Of a stretch of 64,000 nt of DNA, positions 30,972-38,923 are shown one piece after another. The notes under the pieces were generated by a model that had not been told where the DNA came from, made no database searches, and saw only the letters and a list, made by a program, of their open reading frames with translations. Both the position numbers and the translations under genes were made by a program. Positions within the stretch are counted from its first letter, which is position 1. Every line of letters starts with the position of its first letter. Origin of the DNA: a virus. Lineage: Duplodnaviria; Heunggongvirae; Uroviricota; Caudoviricetes. The stretch is from positions 8,924 through 72,923 of the IMG/VR virus record IMGVR_UViG_3300028832_000119; one strand, written 5' to 3'.

Positions 30972-33044
30972 ATGACATTAACAACTATTATTGTTGCAGG
31001 AGTAATTGTTCTCCTAGTGATTTTAACAATTATCGGGCTTTTGTCTCGTTATCGTAGATGTCCCAGTGATAAACTGTTAGTTGTATTTGGTCGAAATAAG
31101 ACCAAAACAGTTGAGGAAACCTACAAAGATGTAGATGGTAAAGAGAAAACTCGTAAAGTAACTCTTCATCTCCCTGCTAAGATTATTCAAGGTGGTGGTA
31201 CATTTGTATGGCCTATTGTCCAGGATTATCGTGAGATGTCTCTCAGACCTATTCTTCTTAGTAAGAAGATTGAGGGTGTATCATCTCAGATGATTAAGAC
31301 CTTTGTATCAATTGAATTGTCAGTAGCTATTGGTAATGAAGAAGAGCTTCGTATGAATGCAGCTTCTCGTTTCTTGAGTGCTAATGAGAGTGAAATTAAG
31401 AACTCTATTGAGGCTATCTATGTAGGTGAGGTAAGATCTCTGATGGCTCGTATGACCATTGAGGAACTGAACTCTGATAGAGAGGCATTCTTGACTGATG
31501 CTAAGAGAAATATTGAAATTGAGCTGCAAAAGGTTGGTTTCGTTATTCTTAACATTAACATTTCAGACCTGGATGATGATGCAGATTATATCACCAACTT
31601 AGGTCAGAAAGCTGCTACTCAGGCTAAGGCAACAGCTGAGGCTGATATTGCTGAGCAGGAGAAGATTGGAGAGGTTAAGATTGCGAATACTCGTAAGGAG
31701 AAATCTATCCAGTTAGCAGAAGCACAGAAAGAAGAGGAAATCCAGGTAGCTGCACAGAATAAAGATCGAGAGACTACTGTTGCTCAAACTAAACAGGAAC
31801 AAGAAGTTCGTGTTGCAGAGATTGAGAAAGAAAAGCAGACTAAGATTGCTGATACTCAGAAGGCTAAGGAAGTACAGCTTGCTGAGATTAAGAAGGATAA
31901 GGAATCTGGTATTGCTAGTCAGAAGGCTCTTGAGATTGCTGCTGTGGCAGAGGCTGATGCAAATGCTGAATCAAGTAAGGCTGAAGCTGAAGCACGTAAG
32001 GTTGCTGCAGTTGCTGCTCAGAAAGCAAAGGCAGAGTCTTCTAAGGCAGAATCTGAGTCTAATCAGCGTAAGGCTGTAGCTGCTGCACAGGCAGATGCAG
32101 AGGCAACTGAGAATGAGAAGGAAGCTCTTAAGCAGACTCGTATTGCTCAAGCTAATCAGAAGAAGGAAGCTGATATTATCCAGGCTACTCAGGAGAAGGA
32201 AGCTAAACAGGCTGAGTTCGAATCACAAAAGCAGATTCGTAAGGCTAAGGCTGACCAGGATGCTGGTGTAGCAGAACAGAATGCAAAGATTCTCGTAGCC
32301 CAGGCTCGTGCAAAGGCTGGTCAAGCAGAAGCTGATGCTGATAAGACTGTAAAGGTTGCTAAGATTGAAGCTGACATGAAGGCAGCTAAGACCCAACAGG
32401 AACGTCAGTTAGAGGTAAATGAGGCTGAGGCATTGGCAGTTGAAGCTAAGTTGAATGCTGAGCAGGTTGTACCTGCTGAGCAGGCTAAGAGAAAGACCAT
32501 CATCGAAGCAGAAGCTATTAAGGAACAGGCTATTCTTCAGGCAGAAGCGGAAAAGCAACGTATTCTTAAGAAGGCTGAAGCTGATGCAGAACAGGTTCGT
32601 CTAAAGATGAATGCTGAAGCTGAAGGTATTAAGAATAAGAAGCTTGCTGAGGCTGAAGGTCAGAAGGCTCTGTTGTTTGCAGAAGCAGAGGCTCTCCAGA
32701 AGAGAGAGATGGCTCCTGCACTGGCTCTGCAGAAGATGGTAGAATCATTCGGCGGTAACCCTGATCTTCTTGTTCAGTACAAGATGGTTGATCAGTATAA
32801 GGGCATTGCTGAGGCTCAGGCTCATGTACTTGAACATATTCAGCTTGGTAATGTTACTGTTTATGGTGACTCCAACACTGGTGCTCAAGTTGCTAAGAGT
32901 TTCGTTGAGAACTTCTCACCTGCTCTGGATATTATCAACAAAGGATTTGGTAAGCAATTTGGACAGCTCTTTAATAAAGAGAAGAAAGAAGAGTTGCCAG
33001 CTCCTGAAGAGAAAAAGGATGAAACTTTTGAGGAAGTAAAGTAA
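30972..33044 (+). CDS. flotillin-like SPFH/band-7 protein with long Ala/Glu-rich coiled-coil repeats (690 aa)
   Basis: N-terminal membrane anchor, SPFH-like region, then an extended EA-repeat coiled coil (KAEAEARKVAAVAAQKAKAE...), as in bacterial FloT/YqiK. GC-richer, host-like codon usage. Confidence 0.6.
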   Translation: MTLTTIIVAGVIVLLVILTIIGLLSRYRRCPSDKLLVVFGRNKTKTVEETYKDVDGKEKTRKVTLHLPAKIIQGGGTFVWPIVQDYREMSLRPILLSKKIEGVSSQMIKTFVSIELSVAIGNEEELRMNAASRFLSANESEIKNSIEAIYVGEVRSLMARMTIEELNSDREAFLTDAKRNIEIELQKVGFVILNINISDLDDDADYITNLGQKAATQAKATAEADIAEQEKIGEVKIANTRKEKSIQLAEAQKEEEIQVAAQNKDRETTVAQTKQEQEVRVAEIEKEKQTKIADTQKAKEVQLAEIKKDKESGIASQKALEIAAVAEADANAESSKAEAEARKVAAVAAQKAKAESSKAESESNQRKAVAAAQADAEATENEKEALKQTRIAQANQKKEADIIQATQEKEAKQAEFESQKQIRKAKADQDAGVAEQNAKILVAQARAKAGQAEADADKTVKVAKIEADMKAAKTQQERQLEVNEAEALAVEAKLNAEQVVPAEQAKRKTIIEAEAIKEQAILQAEAEKQRILKKAEADAEQVRLKMNAEAEGIKNKKLAEAEGQKALLFAEAEALQKREMAPALALQKMVESFGGNPDLLVQYKMVDQYKGIAEAQAHVLEHIQLGNVTVYGDSNTGAQVAKSFVENFSPALDIINKGFGKQFGQLFNKEKKEELPAPEEKKDETFEEVK

Positions 33045-33195
33045 ACTTCTTTTCTGTGAATAAAAATAGGATACTTACAATAATATATGCATTACATTGA
33101 TAGTTCGAATCTATCTTTTGGCTCCATGCCTAAATCGCTCAATGGTAGAGCATCAAATTTGTAATTTGACGTAAATTATTAGTATCCTTTTATGT

Positions 33196-33302
33196 GAGGT
33201 CTTAGTTTTTAAGGGGTAGAATGGCTATGCTGTGGTAAAGAGCTTCGGGTTAGAAAGTGTTCCCATATCATAGAAGGTGTTGGTTCAAATCCAACAGACC
33301 TC
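33196..33302 (+). tRNA. tRNA-like gene (~107 nt) with internal insertion; isotype undetermined
   Basis: GAGGTCT/AGACCTC acceptor 107 nt apart, GTTGG-TTCAAAT-CCAAC T-arm. Confidence 0.3.
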
Positions 33303-33308
33303 CCGGCT

Positions 33309-33379
33309 AAGAGAGTGTAAGTTCGATTCTTACAATATAGGTTCGAGTCCTATGCAGGTTCGAATCCTGCAACTCTCTT
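33309..33379 (+). ncRNA. acceptor-like stem enclosing three tandem T-arm hairpins
   Basis: GAGAGTG - TAAG-TTCGATT-CTTA - TAGG-TTCGAGT-CCTA - CAGG-TTCGAAT-CCTG - CAACTCTC. Confidence 0.35.
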
Positions 33380-33386
33380 AAATCTC

Positions 33387-33465
33387 TCTATGGGCAAATT
33401 GGTAAAGTCGTTTGGTTCAAACCCAAAAGTTGTGTAGGTTCGAATCCTACTAGGGAGACTATAAG
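33387..33465 (+). tRNA. tRNA-like gene; anticodon-position hairpin TTTGG-TTCAAAC-CCAAA (CAA, Leu-like?)
   Basis: TCTCTAT/TAGGGAGA ends, GTAGG-TTCGAAT-CCTAC T-arm, D-arm irregular. Confidence 0.3.
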
Positions 33466-33485
33466 TTACTTACAATATTAAATGG

Positions 33486-33530
33486 GCACATTAAATCACG
33501 GGTTCGATTCCCGTAAGAACCGCCATTTTT
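33486..33530 (+). other. motif + tRNA 3' half (T-arm ACGGG-TTCGATT-CCCGT plus AAGAACC-G-CC) with no matching 5' half nearby
   Basis: Preceded by AAGTTACTTACAA. No GGTTCTT partner strand upstream. Confidence 0.3.
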
Positions 33531-33632
33531 GGTTTTTTAGTCTAGTGGTTAGGACAAATGTTTAAGTAACTTTTTTATGAACTTCTTGTAATAAATCCAT
33601 AATTTCAAAGATTAGAGATACTTACAATCTCA

Positions 33633-33690
33633 TTCGTATGAATGAATTGAGGGTTCGAATCCCTTCTTTGCTTATGCAATGTGGCGGAAT
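33633..33690 (+). ncRNA. small cloverleaf-like tRNA mimic with the ACTTACA motif as the loop of the D-arm-position hairpin
   Basis: TCAAAGA-TTA-[GAGAT-ACTTACA-ATCTC]-[CATTC-GTAT-GAATG]-AATT-[GAGGG-TTCGAAT-CCCTT]-CTTTGC. Confidence 0.3.
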
Positions 33691-33756
33691 GGTAAACGCG
33701 AAACACTGAAGATGTTTTTTCGAAACAAATAAATACAAAGTATCTCTACATGGGAG

Positions 33757-33870
33757 GTAGTGTAGTGGTAACACGCAGTAGTTTTTTAGTATTATAATTA
33801 ATACTTACAAATTCTATTTAACGTTGCTTATGGTGCCTGTATCCCAGTGTTCGATTCCTGGCCTCCTGAC
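33757..33870 (+). tRNA. tRNA-like gene with canonical D-arm and ~50-nt insertion (hairpin AGTATT/AATACT + TACAA)
   Basis: GGGAGG...CCTCC acceptor, GTGT-AGTGGTA-ACAC D-arm, TTCGATT T-loop. Confidence 0.3.
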
Positions 33871-33884
33871 TAATTTTTATTATT

Positions 33885-34379
33885 ATGAAAATAGAAGATA
33901 GAATACAGAATATTAAGAAATTACTTAGTTATTGTCCAAAGGCCAGTAATGAAGTAATGATTAATGATGAAACTTGTACAAAATTCTTTGGTAAATTTTT
34001 TTCATCTCAACCAAATAGATTTAAAAAACCTGAATTTGATGAATGTAGAGTTCAGATAGAATTAATTGATATATTAGATAAAGATGTCAGAACAAAACAC
34101 TATACAGTAGGTTTACGATATTGTTATAATTGGGATAGAGAAGGAGAAGCTTGGACTCTTTATTATTTTAATGATCCTGAGTGTTACTTTAGAGAATGGC
34201 AACAGCCTGAATTAGAATATTTTGAAATTCCAAACGATATTTGGGAAAAGATACAAAATATTCTTTATGATAAAGCAACAGAAACTATTAATAAAGAACT
34301 CAAATCTGCCAAAAAATCCGTTGAATATTGGGAAGAAAAATTATTTGAATTTAATTATAATTTAAAATTAAATAAATAA
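33885..34379 (+). CDS. hypothetical protein (164 aa)
   Basis: ORF between tRNA arrays. Confidence 0.5.
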   Translation: MKIEDRIQNIKKLLSYCPKASNEVMINDETCTKFFGKFFSSQPNRFKKPEFDECRVQIELIDILDKDVRTKHYTVGLRYCYNWDREGEAWTLYYFNDPECYFREWQQPELEYFEIPNDIWEKIQNILYDKATETINKELKSAKKSVEYWEEKLFEFNYNLKLNK

Positions 34380-34384
34380 AGTTT

Positions 34385-34612
34385 ATGGGAAAAGGTAAAG
34401 GTACATTAGTAGTTCGTGAAAGAGCAGCTTTAAAAAGATTGGAGGCAGCTTATGAGAAATTTAAGGCTGCTGGTGAAGATAAGAAACCTTGGGATTCAAC
34501 CCGAAATGGTTTTCCTATCCATCACAAAGGTAGAAGTTATAATGAAGAATGTGAAAGAATGAAAAGAGAAATTTCCAATTTAAAGGAGAATATCTCTAAA
34601 AATTCTATTTAA
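34385..34612 (+). CDS. small basic hypothetical protein (75 aa)
   Basis: ORF. Confidence 0.45.
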   Translation: MGKGKGTLVVRERAALKRLEAAYEKFKAAGEDKKPWDSTRNGFPIHHKGRSYNEECERMKREISNLKENISKNSI

Positions 34613-34743
34613 CATTTTTTAACTGTAACATCTAAAAAATAAAAAATAAATTTAATGTCTAAGATACTTACAAATTTTCGTAAAATATTGTGTAAAAATT
34701 AATAATAAATGTTGGTGAAATTCTGGAAATAAGTATCTTAAAG

Positions 34744-34826
34744 TGCCTCAATATTCGAATTGGTATAGAAGGCAGACTTAAAATCTGCTCCGGTTAACGG
34801 GTCGGGGTTCGAGTCCCCGTTGAGGT
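34744..34826 (+). tRNA. tRNA-Leu (TAA), type II
   Basis: GCCTCAA/TTGAGGT acceptor, GCAGA-CTTAAAA-TCTGC anticodon arm, long variable arm CCGGTTAACGGG, CGGGG-TTCGAGT-CCCCG T-arm. Confidence 0.55.
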
Positions 34827-34966
34827 ACAAAACACGTGTTAAAGAGGATGACTTATTGTAATAAAGGACAATCTGTGGTAGAATAACAATATTACAATAT
34901 GGTGAATAAATTCGTTGGGATCTTTTAATGGAATAATCTGTCTAACCAACAGCACCCTCAAAACAT

Positions 34967-35038
34967 TGGACCTTAGTGTAATTGGCAACACATAACTTTT
35001 TGGCAGTTAGGTAATCAGTTCGAGTCTGGTAGGTCCAA
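34967..35038 (+). tRNA. tRNA-Gln (TTG)
   Basis: TGGACCT/AGGTCCA acceptor, GTGT-AATTGGCA-ACAC D-arm, TAACT-TTTTGGC-AGTTA anticodon arm, ATCAG-TTCGAGT-CTGGT T-arm. Confidence 0.5.
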
Positions 35039-35249
35039 CAATAATCCACACTGAGAACAACGATCCTTTATATACATTCCCGGGGCTTCATATGTATATA
35101 TTGTGAGACAGGTCAGTTAGTTTATCTACTTGCGAAAGGGGTAGTGAAGAGTTGGATTATATTTTTAATATCCGGGGGGAGAGAAACAGTTTACTCGTTA
35201 GTCTCATAAGCTAAAGACATCAGGCGCGACTCCTGAACCCCGAACCAAT

Positions 35250-35323
35250 CTCGAAATAGCTTAGTGGCCTAAAGCGCAGCACTCATAATGCTGAGACCGA
35301 TAGTTCAAATCTATCTTTCGAGA
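35250..35323 (+). tRNA. tRNA-Met (CAT; could also be an fMet or Ile-lysidine type)
   Basis: CTCGAAA/TTTCGAG acceptor, GCTT-AGTGGCCTA-AAGC D-arm, CAGCA-CTCATAA-TGCTG anticodon arm, GATAG-TTCAAAT-CTATC T-arm. Confidence 0.55.
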
Positions 35324-35339
35324 CTTAACTAAAAATCTT

Positions 35340-35525
35340 TTGACTATGATAGGAACAACTATATATTTGATAGGAATGATTGTTGCCTTTATAATATGTC
35401 TAAGACTTATTTATAAAGAACCAAATAAAGCTGATTTACAATATGATATAATAGCACCTTGTTGTATAATGTCATGGATTTTTGTAATATTAGCATTATG
35501 GAAATTAAGAGATAAAATATTTTAA
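35340..35525 (+). CDS. small membrane protein (61 aa) embedded in the tRNA array
   Basis: ORF with two hydrophobic helices. Confidence 0.4.
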   Translation: MTMIGTTIYLIGMIVAFIICLRLIYKEPNKADLQYDIIAPCCIMSWIFVILALWKLRDKIF

Positions 35526-35527
35526 AT

Positions 35528-35598
35528 GCGGATGTAGTTTAATGGTAGAACCTCAGATTTTCAGCCTGAAGACGACGGATCGTAACCGTCCTTCCGTA
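35528..35598 (+). tRNA. tRNA-Glu (TTC), atypical T-loop ATCGTAA
   Basis: GCGGATG/CTTCCGT acceptor (6/7 paired), GTTT-AATGGTA-GAAC D-arm, TCAGA-TTTTCAG-CCTGA anticodon arm. Confidence 0.4.
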
Positions 35599-35790
35599 CT
35601 AGTCCCACCAAATCCTGTAGGGTGGTTAAAGATAAATAGGGGCCTGCTCTAGTACAGGCTGGCATTACTAGAAGTAGGGGAGAAACTTTTCCTTGGTACT
35701 GACATCAAAAAAAAGTTCGTCCAGAAATGGAAGTAGAACCCGAAGGTATTAGAATGATGACTATAGGAGGTCTAAGAGAATAGGGTTATG

Positions 35791-35863
35791 GGACGGGTGA
35801 TGTAATTGGCTAACATACCTCCCTTGCAAGGAGGAATTAAGGGTTCGAGTCCCTCTCGCTCCA
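35791..35863 (+). tRNA. tRNA-Ala-like (TGC) with poorly paired acceptor stem (possible pseudogene)
   Basis: ATGT-AATTGGCTA-ACAT D-arm, CCTCC-CTTGCAA-GGAGG anticodon arm, AGGG-TTCGAGT-CCCT T-arm. 5' GGACGGG vs 3' TCGCTCC pairs imperfectly. Confidence 0.35.
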
Positions 35864-35956
35864 CTCGGTTTTAGTTAAACAATTTTGAGATACTTACCAT
35901 ATCAAAGAACTAAATATTGGTAAAAATACAAATTTAAAAAATAGTATCTCTATGAT

Positions 35957-36549
35957 GGCTCCATAGCTCAGCTGGATAGAGCAACTGCCTTCTATTAAAA
36001 TTGGATGCTATGGCAGGAAACTCCATAGTAGAATCTCCCTAAAACGGTGGAAATCCTTTTAGCCCTAATATATTTTAGGAGGATTTTCTGCGCTGAACAA
36101 TTGCAGAACACTAACCAATAATGTGTAAGGATAATACCGTGCTAAATTGAGTATAATATTAATGACTTGGTAACATAGAAACGAGTAGCGCAGTTGATAT
36201 TAAGACTCATAAATGTGTAGAGAGTATAGAGGAGATACCTAAGTTGAAATTTTAGATTTGTGAAGTTAGTCTAAGTATTTTCAGGTGAAATAAACTGCGC
36301 TCCCTTATGGTGAATACGTTAAGCTGTAAGACAAGTTGCGGAAAAATAAAAGAAAGGACTATATAAGCAAATTTAATCTTGCAAGAGTTTCAATATGGTA
36401 AAGATGTATTCCAGACTACAACAAACAACACAATTGTCCTTACGAGGGCATGAAACTGTGAATTAACACTGGTCTGTGAAAATGTTTGGCTATGGTAACA
36501 TAGAGTAGCAGGAAGCAGTAGGTCCTTGGTTCGAATCCAAGTGGAGTCA
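35957..36549 (+). tRNA. tRNA gene (probably Arg, TCT) split by a ~500-nt putative group I intron in the anticodon loop
   Basis: 5' half GGCTCCA-TA-GCTC-AGCTGGATA-GAGC-A-ACTGC-CTTCT... at 35957-36004. Matching 3' half ...GCAGT-AGGTC-CTTGG-TTCGAAT-CCAAG-TGGAGTC-A at ~36509-36549. The intervening sequence is structured and contains a group-I R-like element (CCAGACTACA, ~36412) and a candidate P7 partner (ACTGGTCTG). No alternative 5' acceptor strand lies near the 3' half. Confidence 0.45.
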
Positions 36550-36652
36550 CAAATTCTTATACTAGATACAGAATGTTTTTTTTCTTTCATGATAAAATTA
36601 AATTTTTCCATTTGATTATAGATAGGAGGAAATTCTAGTTAATCCTCCAATC

Positions 36653-36727
36653 GGTCTATTCGTATAATGGTTATTATGCTTGACTGTCTATCATGAGAAA
36701 AGGGTTCGATTCCCTTATAGACCGCCG
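36653..36727 (+). tRNA. tRNA-like gene (clean acceptor GGTCTAT/ATAGACC and T-arm; anticodon arm irregular, possibly GTC)
   Basis: AAGGG-TTCGATT-CCCTT T-arm. Loop CTGTCTA. Confidence 0.35.
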
Positions 36728-37393
36728 CCTATCTTTAATGCATAGATATAAAACAGCATTAGTGGTACTATTCCTTCTCAAAGTTAATAGCGTAAGTTAA
36801 TGTCTTTTACGATAGTAAAGCATCGATTTTCTCCTTAAAGTTAGAAAGTGAGACGTTTGGTTTTGTTAGTTTTACAGCGTGAAGTAAAAACTAATAGGAT
36901 TATCGGAACGATAGGTCGCTCCTATGGGTAGATAATTAACAATAATGGAGTTTGGCAGATTCCATTATTAATTGGGCCTTACAGGATTAGACGGCTGTTG
37001 AAGGTAATAAGAACAAGCAAAGACGGATGGAAAGACATCAAATAATTAAATGGCAATAAAGCTAAAACTGTAACCATCGGTAGCAGAAGCTTCCGTATGG
37101 CTGCCTAAGTTGGTAACTTACTTAGTCGTCAGAAAGTTACAATAATAGAAATTATTAAACTTAAGTCATTAAACAAGGGAGCCTTGGTCCTTCTAATTGA
37201 CTGATTAGTAAATTATAGGCTGGTGGAACTGATGACTATCCAGTCATCCCCTTGGAGAAGAATAACTCCTTAAAAAATTGAAAAGCTTGTATAATTCTTA
37301 TAGAATAAGCAGTTCGGACGAGGTTTCGACTACCTCAAGGTCCACTTTATTACGTTATTTATTAACGAGATACTTTACAAAATCATATTTTAT

Positions 37394-37467
37394 GAATTTT
37401 TAGCTCATTTGGATAGAGCAATATCCTGCTAAGATGTGTGTAGTCGGTTCGATTCCGGCAAAATTTA
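37394..37467 (+). tRNA. tRNA with anticodon GCT but a short variable arm (type I)
   Basis: GAATTTT/AAAATTT acceptor, GCTC-ATTTGGATA-GAGC D-arm, ATATC-CTGCTAA-GATGT anticodon arm, GTCGG-TTCGATT-CCGGC T-arm. The GATACTTTACAA motif ends 9 nt upstream. Confidence 0.45.
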
Positions 37468-37485
37468 TTTTTAGTATCTCCTTAT

Positions 37486-37559
37486 AGTTCCATGGTGTAG
37501 TGGTCAAACATGTCACTCTTACAAAGTGAAGATCCTCAGTTCAAATCTGAGTGGAACTA
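37486..37559 (+). tRNA. tRNA-Val (TAC)
   Basis: AGTTCCA/TGGAACT acceptor, GTGT-AGTGGTCAA-ACAT D-arm, TCACT-CTTACAA-AGTGA anticodon arm, CTCAG-TTCAAAT-CTGAG T-arm. Its anticodon loop CTTACAA resembles the array-wide ACTTACAA motif. Confidence 0.55.
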
Positions 37560-37816
37560 CTACTTTTTTCATCGTTATATGAAAATTTGTTAGTTTTGTG
37601 CGGCAAGGGGAGCTTCAACTATTATTAGTTGAGGTTCCCCTAATTTTTTTATTGAGTTTATGGAAAAATTAACTAAACAACAACAACTTATTATAGAAGA
37701 ATTAAAATTATTAATAGCTCTTCATATAAATAGACTTCAGCAACTCGGAATGACTGAAGAAGATGCTACTGAACAAACTTATAGAGAGATTAATTATCTA
37801 TTAAAGGAATAGAGTT

Positions 37817-38113
37817 ATGAAAGAAATAAATTATAAAGTAGAAGGAAATATATTATACCCTGATAAAGAAATGCTTACTTGGGGTCCATATTATTATCAT
37901 TCAATAGATAAAGCAAAAGAAAGAATGCCTAATATTTTGGATGATATTGTTGCTTGGGTCAACTCAAAAGATCCTACTCTTTATATTAAGCCTGAAAATG
38001 TAATAAATATGAGTAGTCTAATTACATTCCATATTAAGGCTTGGAAAGATGATAATACATTACAAAATTGTAGTGGAATTGTTGATATAGAAATATTTGA
38101 ATTTGAAGATTAA
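37817..38113 (+). CDS. hypothetical protein (98 aa)
   Basis: ORF. Confidence 0.45.
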   Translation: MKEINYKVEGNILYPDKEMLTWGPYYYHSIDKAKERMPNILDDIVAWVNSKDPTLYIKPENVINMSSLITFHIKAWKDDNTLQNCSGIVDIEIFEFED

Positions 38114-38182
38114 ATATGCAAGTACCAGAAAAAGTATATTTGCAACAATAAAATATTCACTTGAAAATTTAATTTAATTAAT

Positions 38183-38581
38183 ATGACACAAGAAGAAAAA
38201 TCACTATTACTCCAAGACCTTTCTGCAAGATTACCTTACAAAATTATGGTAAAGGTTAATGACACACAAGGTATAATGGATGAAATAGATATTCCTAATG
38301 AAAGAATTTTCGTTAGTAGTTTAAATCCTTTTCTATATGGTGGGGCAAAGGCTAGTTGGTTTACTGTCAATGGTGATAAAATTTATCCATATCTTCGTCC
38401 AATGTCTTCAATGACTGAGGAAGAAAAGAGAACATTTAAAAGACTTAAAGGGGAAATTAAACTATATAACAGTATAGGAACAAAATTACATGATTGGCTC
38501 AACACGCATCATTTTGATTATAGAGGACTTATTCCTATGGGTCTTGCACTTGAAGCACCTGAAGGAATGTATAATGTATAA
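38183..38581 (+). CDS. hypothetical protein (132 aa)
   Basis: ORF. Confidence 0.45.
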   Translation: MTQEEKSLLLQDLSARLPYKIMVKVNDTQGIMDEIDIPNERIFVSSLNPFLYGGAKASWFTVNGDKIYPYLRPMSSMTEEEKRTFKRLKGEIKLYNSIGTKLHDWLNTHHFDYRGLIPMGLALEAPEGMYNV

Positions 38582-38593
38582 AGCTATACAAAT

Positions 38594-38911
38594 ATGATAG
38601 ATAAATTCGAAACATTACGCCCAGAATTTTTAACTGCAACAAACTTATGGTACAATGATGAACCTTATGCTTATTGGTTGTCTGCTCCAGAGTATAATGT
38701 ATATGAATGGGTATTATATAAAGAATACAACGACTATGAGTCAGTTGTTGGTAACAGCGGATTAAAAGGCGTGTCTTATGAAGAATTAATGAATAGTTTT
38801 AGAACGTATACCTTTTATGATAATATAGACAGAGAAATGTTATGTAGAACATTTAGACAACGTTCTTTGTACGATGATTCCTATGATTTTGAAGATTTTA
38901 TAGACGAATAA
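38594..38911 (+). CDS. hypothetical protein (105 aa)
   Basis: ORF. Confidence 0.45.
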   Translation: MIDKFETLRPEFLTATNLWYNDEPYAYWLSAPEYNVYEWVLYKEYNDYESVVGNSGLKGVSYEELMNSFRTYTFYDNIDREMLCRTFRQRSLYDDSYDFEDFIDE

Positions 38912-38923
38912 GATTATAAAACT

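Noticed and set aside
28230-37560. Possibility that the TTACTTACAA element is simply a promoter -7/-10 box for each tRNA
   Set aside because: It fits the copies 7-12 nt upstream of intact tRNAs. But in at least five genes the same element lies inside the tRNA body between intact acceptor strands, and it is preceded by a complementary half-site forming a hairpin. It is kept as an open finding rather than annotated as a promoter.
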